Under the pieces are notes generated by a model. It was not told the DNA's origin, searched no databases, and saw nothing but the letters and a program-made list of their open reading frames with translations. The position numbers and the translations under genes are program-made. Below, in pieces: positions 57,459-64,000 of a DNA stretch of 64,000 bases (position 1 is the first letter of the stretch; each line of letters starts with the position of its first letter). The stretch is from Alphaproteobacteria bacterium (GTDB lineage Bacteria; Pseudomonadota; Alphaproteobacteria; UBA828). Location: assembly GCA_965214705.1 (NCBI GenBank), contig CBDCCI010000002.1:2688001-2752000 (forward strand). The letters run 5' to 3'.

Positions 57459-57851
57459 ATGAAAATGCCATCGACCAAGCACGGCGAGGTCCACTGGAAC
57501 GAGCTCATGACCCGGAATGTCGCGGATGCCAAAGCGTTCTATTCGGAGACATTGGGCTGGCAATACGAGGCATTTCCGATGCCCGAGAGCGAATACACGG
57601 TGTGCAAATCCGGCGATGTGCCGGTGGGCGGCATGATAGAAATGAGCGGCGCCTTGTTTGACGGCATCCCGAACCACTGGTTCGCCTATATCGCGGTCGA
57701 CGACATCGATGCCCGGCTCGCCAAAGTCGAGGCGGCCGGCGGTGACATCATCCGCCCGGCCTTCGATGTGCCGAAGGTGGGGCGCATCGCGGTCGTGAAA
57801 GACAAGACCGGCGCCGCGATCGGCTGGATCACCCCGGCTGAGCAGGGCTGA
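57459..57851 (+). CDS. VOC/glyoxalase family protein
   Basis: WNELMT...AKAFYSETLGW; WFAYIAVDDID; PKVGRIAVVKD.TGA; AAGGAG RBS. Confidence 0.88.
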   Translation: MKMPSTKHGEVHWNELMTRNVADAKAFYSETLGWQYEAFPMPESEYTVCKSGDVPVGGMIEMSGALFDGIPNHWFAYIAVDDIDARLAKVEAAGGDIIRPAFDVPKVGRIAVVKDKTGAAIGWITPAEQG

Positions 57852-58218
57852 GCACCTCCTGTGCGCTGACCAAGTCCCGGGCGAGAACAACGCATCGCGT
57901 GAGCCCCGCCGGGGCACATGTCTACGGCAAGTATGGCTCACGCACGGCTGTGGTCGACGGACGTCTGAGAATGAGCCGTTCAGGCTCCGAAAGCAGCCCA
58001 GCGTGCACCGTCGAGATCATGATTGCTTCACCGTGCAGTGGTTTCGCTTGCACGAGACCTCGGGTCGGTTCGCCGCCATTGCGATGATTTCCTGACGGGT
58101 CTCGCTTGCTCGTGGCAGAATGCGCTGAATCGCCTCCTCCTCCATGAAGTCTCATGTTGGGCGACAGCGACCAAGGTCTCACACACACCGAAAGTGGGAA
58201 GGCGGCGAAGAACGAGAG

Positions 58219-58720
58219 GTCGCGGTAGGGACGCCGGTTCCCCCCCCCCCCACAGATCCGGACGTGGTCGTTAAACCATCCGGTTCCTACCTCTGGTATT
58301 TGACGTTGAACCGCTGTCACCGGCCACGGGTGGCGGATCCACGGCTTGGGCCAGTATCGGTCCACCAGGGCTTGCAGCCGTTGCCAACTGAAGCGATCCC
58401 GTTGCGACCGTCGGTGCAAAGCCCTCAGCCATATCCGTTTCAGGATGTAGGTGAAGCGTCACAGGAAGCGGGCGCTTGTCGGGACGGCATAGTAGTTCAG
58501 CCATCCGTTGACGACCCGTCCCAGCCACCGCGCGACCTCGTGGAGATCGTGGTGCCTGCGCCGCCGCAGAACCTCCGCGATGCGCTTCGGCGTGCGGCTC
58601 ATCCGCTTTGCAGCGGGCTTGCGTCCGAGCCCGAACCGTCCGCTCCTGGTCGTCCTGCAGTAGTGCGTGAAGCCCAGGAAGTCGAACGCCTTCGGGCGGC
58701 CTAGTCCCCGTGCCCGACGG
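58219..58720 (-). mobile_element. Degenerate 3' portion of a group II intron (RT/maturase end plus domains V-VI)
   Basis: FDFLGFTH...GWLNYYAVP, in-frame TGA at 58459, RRSQR...HPWP; domain V GAACCGGATGG...CGTCCGGATC; ends CCCTACCGCGAC. Confidence 0.85.
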
Positions 58721-58728
58721 TCCACTTC

Positions 58729-59230
58729 CTATCGCCAACCTGGCGATCTTCGGCCACATGATCGTCAGCGCCATCATCACTGTTCTCGCGCCGACTCAGT
58801 TGATCGGGCCGCTCCGCAGGCGCTATCCGCGTGTTCACCGATAGTCAGGCTACCTGCTGGTCGGCTGCGCCATACCGACCGCCGTCGGTGGGATCGCCTA
58901 TATCGCAACGCGCGGCACGATCGGCGGTCAATTGATAGACTATGCGTTCGCGGGCTACGGCGCTTGCGTCCTCATCGCCGCTGTCCAGACGGTGCGCCAC
59001 GCCCGCGCACGCAACCTCACGCGGCACCGCGAATGGGCGCTCCGTCTCTTCGTCTTGGCAATCGGTTCCTGGATATACCAGGTTCACCATGAGATCTGGT
59101 ACGGGCTCACCGGCGGCCTCTGGACTGCGCCCGGCTTCTCCGGCCCGTGCGCCACGTTCCAGCCCTTCGCCTTCCACGTGCCGTACCCTCTCTCTCGCGC
59201 TCGAGGTCTATTTCAGACGAACACGAAAAG
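58729..59230 (+). pseudogene. DUF2306-like membrane protein fragment with an internal stop
   Basis: QLIGPLRRRYPRVHR*SGY (TAG at 58842-58844); HREWALRLFVLAIGSWIY; 5' end replaced by the intron fragment. Confidence 0.7.
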
Positions 59231-59297
59231 GCGACCACCCGTCGTTCTCGACGGGATCTCACGCAATGGGTTCCCGCGGGCAGACCGAGCGACTCGC

Positions 59298-59400
59298 CTA
59301 GGGCCTGTTTACACTAACGCACAGCATCGTAGATGCGTGCGAAGTGGACGAAGCCCAGGAACGGGGCATCGAGTTTCTCGAAGCCATTGCAACAGGGAAC
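59298..59400 (-). pseudogene. IS5-family (IS427-like) 3' end remnant
   Basis: ...FEKLDAPFLGFVHFA-like transposase tail, then GTGTAAACAGGCCCTAG. Confidence 0.45.
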
Positions 59401-59447
59401 CGGCTTCGAGGCTGATCGCGGCGATCTCGTGCGGCAGATTGCCCATG

Positions 59448-59607
59448 AATCGTCGAGAACCGGCTCGTCACGGTAGGCGAAACTCACCGCGTCGAAGACG
59501 ATGTCGGCACCCTCCGGCTTTGCGGCTGCCGAAGCCGGCGGCTCGGGGAGAGGCGGTGTCGCGAGCAGCGTGTCCATCCGCGCCAGGCTGTTGCGACTCA
59601 CCCCCAT
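59448..59607 (-). pseudogene. Internal fragment of an ABC exporter (TMD-NBD linker)
   Basis: SLARMDTLLATPPLPEP...DIVFDAVSFAYRDEPVLDD. Confidence 0.6.
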
Positions 59608-59667
59608 CGGTGCCGTCGATCGTCGAGGATCTCGTCCATCGTGCTTCGTTGGAAGAGCTGCCGAATT

Positions 59668-60192
59668 CTAGTTGCCCGGCCTTGTCGCCATCAGCTGAAC
59701 TCTTTGCGCCAACGCTTCGTTTGCCGCCGAGTAGGCAGGTTCGATCCAGTCCGTGTCCACGAACCAGAGGCCGATGCCCCGGTCCACCTCGTGCTGAACG
59801 ACCCGCGTCCCGCCGTCCATGGGCTCCAACAGCCAGCGATGGTCGAAGGTCAGAATTCCGGGGATGCCCCCCGATTGGCGCAGTTCCACGCCTGGACGAA
59901 AGGTCTCAACCAACGCGGTCATTTCGAGGATCGCTCCGCCCGGGTCGCGGACCCTGTTCAGCACCGTCTCTCCCTCCGCGTAGGCACCTTCGACCTCGAC
60001 GAAGACCGGATTCCACTGCGGGTAGGCCTCCGTGTCGGCCAGGACCGCCCACACCGCGTCCGGCGACGCGGGGATATCGATCTCAACATGAAAGGTCTTG
60101 TTGGTGGCGAACGAAGCCGCCGCAGCGATGGCGACCAGGGTTAAGACAACCCAAAGTGCGGGCAAGCCCCGTTTGGCGAGTGACCGGAACAT
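59668..60192 (-). CDS. SRPBCC (polyketide cyclase/dehydrase-like) protein
   Basis: EIDIPASPDAVWAVLAD..AYPQWNP; GGTRVVQHE; NEAL; N-terminal membrane anchor. Confidence 0.85.
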   Translation of the reverse strand: MFRSLAKRGLPALWVVLTLVAIAAAASFATNKTFHVEIDIPASPDAVWAVLADTEAYPQWNPVFVEVEGAYAEGETVLNRVRDPGGAILEMTALVETFRPGVELRQSGGIPGILTFDHRWLLEPMDGGTRVVQHEVDRGIGLWFVDTDWIEPAYSAANEALAQRVQLMATRPGN

Positions 60193-60470
60193 CGGCGCCT
60201 CACATGTGCTTGTCGAACCAGTTCACCGGGTCGCCGGGAACGCGGCCGATATAGTCATGGGCAGCTAACCAGCGACGCCCGCAAGACTCGGTCCGCCCGG
60301 GCTTCCCTCGGACGAATCGTGAAAATCCAAGGGCCAGGATTGCACCCTGAATCGCACCAAATGCTGCCGTCACGAGGGACGACTTTGGTGAGTTTCGGCG
60401 GCTACTCTCGCGAGTTTGCGCAAGTCGAGTTTGGTTCCGGGACACGAGAATCTTCCGACAGCTTCGTCCC

Positions 60471-61487
60471 TCACATATGTGCGTCGTACCAAACAATCAT
60501 TTCCTCGGGCCTCTGGCTGAAATAGCGGTAGCCCTCGTAGCGCACCGGTGTGCCCTCGATCCACAGCAGCTTCTTGTCCGGGTTCGGCAGCTTGTCATGT
60601 ATGCCCTGCGCATCCGAAGGCTTGGTGGTCACGTCATCCCTCACCTGCACGACCATGGTTGGGCATTCGACCGCGTGGGCCCAGGCGATGGCGTTGGAAT
60701 CCGTGTGGCGGAAACTGGAATAGTAGGAGTAGCGCTCGTTGAAGCGTTCATAGGCGTTCTTGACGCCCTGGTCGATCAGGGCGCGCTCGATGAAGGGCGC
60801 GGCCGACAGCGGCTGCAGCGCGATCATGCAGGCGATGTGTTCGAACTCGTCGGGATGCCGTGCCATGGCGATGAAGGTCGCATTGCAGCCCATGCACAGG
60901 CTGTGCAGCCCAATCTTCATGCGCATGGTGTCATGGCGTGACCTGGCGTAGCGCATGGAGCCGATCACGTCGCGCCATTCGATGGCGCCGACGCCGGTGA
61001 TGTTGCCGGCACCGTCCGCCGAATGGCCATGACCCCGCAAATCGTAGGCGAGCACGTTGTAGCCGGCCTCGTGCAATGTCTTGTAGGCTTGGACAAAGTT
61101 CACCTCGAACCCGCCCTGCTGGTCCCAGGGTGCCAAATGGCCGGGATAGCCGTAGCGGTTGGCGCCGATGAAGTGGTTGCAGATGATCAGCTTGTCGGAG
61201 CCTTGCGCAGGAACGAACCAGCCATCCAGCATCACCCCGTCCGCGGCGGGGAAGAATACGTCTTCGTAGTCCAGCCCGTAGTCCGACGGCCGCCGCAGGA
61301 TAGGCGTGCGGAAGGAGTAGCTTACCCCCTTGGCGATCTGATCGATCATTGCGTCTTCCTGTGTCGGGTCCATGGCTGTTCCCTTCGTTTGGGTGTTCTC
61401 GGCAGCATCTGCCAAGCGCAGCGGTGCGATGGTTGCGGCGGCGGCAACGGCGCCGACTTTCAACAGGTTGCGTCTTGTCTGGTTCAT
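60471..61487 (-). CDS. Tat-exported alpha/beta hydrolase
   Basis: TRRNLLK twin-arginine signal; DGVMLDGWFVP; AYDLRGHGHS; nucleophile elbow SLCMG. Confidence 0.82.
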   Translation of the reverse strand: MNQTRRNLLKVGAVAAAATIAPLRLADAAENTQTKGTAMDPTQEDAMIDQIAKGVSYSFRTPILRRPSDYGLDYEDVFFPAADGVMLDGWFVPAQGSDKLIICNHFIGANRYGYPGHLAPWDQQGGFEVNFVQAYKTLHEAGYNVLAYDLRGHGHSADGAGNITGVGAIEWRDVIGSMRYARSRHDTMRMKIGLHSLCMGCNATFIAMARHPDEFEHIACMIALQPLSAAPFIERALIDQGVKNAYERFNERYSYYSSFRHTDSNAIAWAHAVECPTMVVQVRDDVTTKPSDAQGIHDKLPNPDKKLLWIEGTPVRYEGYRYFSQRPEEMIVWYDAHM

Positions 61488-62257
61488 CGAGGAGTCCTCC
61501 ATTCACCGGTTGGTTGACTGTACACATGTACTATTCTTGCACAGTAGTATGCTACACTCAGACGGGGATCGTCAAGATGTAAAATGCGGCTCTTGAAGCG
61601 ACCGAAACTCGGCAGGCTCGGTCGAGGCGGAGAGGCGCTGAAGCCGAGACCTCCGCGTTGCAGCGATGCCAGAGACCCCATCCGCGATCTTGACGGCTCG
61701 CTCTGACAGAGAGCGTCCGACGACGCTCGTGTCCGCTCACACCGATGGCACGTCAATGCCCGGCGGCGCGGACGATGGTGGCGACCATGATGTTTGGCAC
61801 GGGCTCTTCGACCGCGGCGCAGGAGCAGAATTTGTGCCGCCGGCGATCTGCAGCGCTATTCCCCAATCCCTGAGCCGCCCTCCGACCGCCCCCTCGCACG
61901 ACATTGCGCAAGCCTTCGCCCGCAGCCTCCCGGTGCTCGCAATAGCCCGCGACCGAGACCGCTGCGGTTTGTCCACCTCCGTGGCCTTCTTGAAGATCGG
62001 CCTTGTCACCAGCTTCACAAGATCGACGCAGCCATCGCCCGACGACCCTCCATCAGGTCCGAAAGGGATTCGCGCGTGCGTATCGACCCAAGTATTCTTG
62101 TCGCCACAGATGCCTCGGCGCCTCCGTGCCGGGGCCGGCGGCAAGCGGCACCGGTTGGCCAATCGTCAACAGGGTGCGTCCCAGCCGAAATTCCCTGCAA
62201 ATCTAGAATTTTCCAGAACGCTCCAGAAACGGCCCCCAACAGGATCGGCAAGACGAG

Positions 62258-62836
62258 ATGACCGCGACGGAACAAAAGATCATCGAGGCCGCCATCCGCA
62301 CTTTCGTGCGCTATGGCGCGCGCAAGACGGCGATGGCCGACATCGCGTCAGAGGCCGGCGTGTCGCGTCAGACGCTTTACGACACCTTCGGCGGCAAGAA
62401 TGAGCTGATTGTCGCCTCCATTCGCTGCATCACGGACAGGAACCTGCAAGCGGTCAGGGACGAGCTTGCGGGACGCACGTCATTGTCGACGCAACTCGAC
62501 GCCTATTTTGAGGGAACGGTAGTCAAGTCGTTCGAGCTGCTGCAGACATCGGGTGATGCGGAGGACCTGGTCAGCGGCCACAATCAGGCTGGGCGCGAAG
62601 AGATAGAGCGCTCCCATGACAAGCATCACGCCTTGATCGCCGAGCTGTTGAGGCCCCACTCGAGAGTGTTGGCAGACTCCGGCCTGACGCCCGACCAACT
62701 GGCGCATCTTGTCGTCACAGTCGTGATGGGCCTGAAATATTCGGCGAAAAGCCGAGACGACCTGGACGCCCTTCTTGTCACGTTGAAGGTAGCGGTGTTG
62801 GCGCTCTTGGGAGTCTCGGTGCCGGAAATGGCTTAG
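62258..62836 (+). CDS. TetR/AcrR family regulator
   Basis: IIEAAIRTFVRYG...MADIASEAGVSRQTLY..FGGKNEL. Confidence 0.92.
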   Translation: MTATEQKIIEAAIRTFVRYGARKTAMADIASEAGVSRQTLYDTFGGKNELIVASIRCITDRNLQAVRDELAGRTSLSTQLDAYFEGTVVKSFELLQTSGDAEDLVSGHNQAGREEIERSHDKHHALIAELLRPHSRVLADSGLTPDQLAHLVVTVVMGLKYSAKSRDDLDALLVTLKVAVLALLGVSVPEMA

Positions 62837-62838
62837 CC

Positions 62839-63021
62839 TCAACACTCCCGGCTGCGGTGGCGTGGGAAGCATTGCTCGATGATCTCGCCGGCGACGATGT
62901 CCAGCGCCGCGAACAGCGTGGTGGTGCCACGGCGCAAATGGTCATGGGTACGCCGCTCGACCTGGCCGGGCCGCATGGGCAGCATCGGCTGGGAACGATC
63001 CAGCGCCTGGATCTGGCTCTG
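62839..63021 (-). pseudogene. IS630-family transposase internal fragment
   Basis: [26 protein letters not shown]...[10 protein letters not shown]...PRHR. Confidence 0.82.
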
Positions 63022-63107
63022 TCGTTTCGACGATTCGGCGGCAGGGACGATACCACCAGGAAAGACAGCCATGCGGCTGCCGTTCCCTCAAGTACTGTGC
63101 CGGGGAG

Positions 63108-63998
63108 CTATTGCCTATGCACACCGAAAGAGCCTGCTAGACCTCTCTCGCTTTGCTGGTTGTCGTCCCACACATACGCGGAGAAGGCCCCGCCGATCGA
63201 TGTCGGCAGATCGGTCGGTGCAGCACCGTTTCCGAAGAACATGCCGCTCCAATAGCCGCTCATGTACGAGCCGTCGTCCGCACTTCCCCCCTCAATTTGA
63301 CCGCTGATCCAGCCTCCGCGGCTAGGAGCGGAGACTGTCGGCCAAGACCGATCGAATATGTTTTGGCTGCCTTGTTCGACGCCATAACCGTCGAAGGCGT
63401 TCGCCGTCAGGCTCAACGCGGTTGGGTACAGAGAGGAAACAGAAGAGCTCGCATCGCCATCGAATACGAAATTGCTCACTGCTCCGCTGACTACTCCGTA
63501 TTCGCTGCTCGACTTAAAGTCGGCCATCAGGTCGACGTCCGCAGTGAAGGTCCCGATGTCTGGGCTGCTTGACAAACCGTTTGCGTAGTACACTCCAGCC
63601 GCGTCGCCACTGTAAGTCGCCGTGCCGGTCAACGCCACGATATTGTTGACCTGGAACGCATCGCCACCGCTCGCGAAGACGCCGAAGTCATACGCATCCG
63701 CGTCCGTCTCGTCTTCAGACACGTAGAGCCAACGGCCGAATGCCAGATAGTCGGCAGGCGTCGCGGAAAGCAGCTCTGTCGGAATAACCGGCTGTGGCGT
63801 TCCACCGTCCGGAGTAAATGTTACGCCGGGATCGGCAGCATAGTACGATCCCCGATAGCGATTATCGATGAACACGCAACCGTCTTCATTGGCACAGGAA
63901 AAAGTGCCTGTGACACCGCTAAGCGATCCCTCCGTGGTCTCGCCGTCACCAATCCAAGCGACCATGAAGTCCTTGTCGATCTCTAGAGTCGGGGCTCC
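63108..63998 (-). CDS. Acidic surface protein with a TbpB-like C-terminal beta-barrel; 5' part lies outside the window
   Basis: DYLAFGRWL; LTGTATYSGDAAGVY; FTADVDLMADF; WSGMFFG; GLAGSFG; frame open to the window edge; lower GC. Confidence 0.65.
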   Translation of the reverse strand, partial: GAPTLEIDKDFMVAWIGDGETTEGSLSGVTGTFSCANEDGCVFIDNRYRGSYYAADPGVTFTPDGGTPQPVIPTELLSATPADYLAFGRWLYVSEDETDADAYDFGVFASGGDAFQVNNIVALTGTATYSGDAAGVYYANGLSSSPDIGTFTADVDLMADFKSSSEYGVVSGAVSNFVFDGDASSSVSSLYPTALSLTANAFDGYGVEQGSQNIFDRSWPTVSAPSRGGWISGQIEGGSADDGSYMSGYWSGMFFGNGAAPTDLPTSIGGAFSAYVWDDNQQSERGLAGSFGVHRQ

Positions 63999-64000
63999 TG

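Noticed and set aside
58932-60254. 440-aa ORF
   Set aside because: Only the first ~85 aa are DUF2306-like; the rest is read-through antisense to other fragments and the SRPBCC gene
61517-61548. Imperfect palindrome GTACACATGTAC upstream of the Tat hydrolase
   Set aside because: Possible operator, but short and imperfect; spacing does not fit the LexA box
61560-62250. Overlapping ORFs between the hydrolase and TetR genes, with a faint IS1182-like HQLHKIDAAI string
   Set aside because: Too weak to call without a search; no RBS or consistent motif

Overview
High-GC alphaproteobacterial chromosome segment (inferred from the GAAC-N7-GTAC LexA box at recA and the alpha-type nrdJ, aspS, alaS and recA sequences). 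The left half (1-28100) mixes housekeeping genes (nrdJ, aspS, guaB, alaS, recA, tRNA-Ile2 CAT) with catabolic clusters: a Rieske oxygenase locus, a Liv-type ABC transporter with hydrolases and PxpB/C-like carboxyltransferase subunits, and an AbrB/Doc toxin-antitoxin pair. After the tRNA (28101-64000) the sequence is accessory and rich in mobile DNA. It holds an integrase relic, typA, two convergent group II PLP decarboxylase paralogues (one fused in frame to a solute-binding domain), an IS1380-like element, two IS1634-like elements, an IS5/IS1182-like element, an integrase+IS91-like element, group II intron remnants and many pseudogenes. Four structures stand out: (1) a compact element of two tandem arm-type tyrosine integrases bracketed by ~163-bp gapless imperfect inverted repeats that include the integrase RBS and first codons (34265-39073); (2) two near-identical 2203-bp ISAs1-type elements, one in each half, whose transposase carries an N-terminal DUF4338/DruA-like domain and a conserved A_AAA_AAC -1 frameshift; (3) the solute-binding-protein/decarboxylase fusion; (4) an IS91-like element with inverted 14-bp ends. 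All calls come from reading the sequence by eye; no database searches were run.
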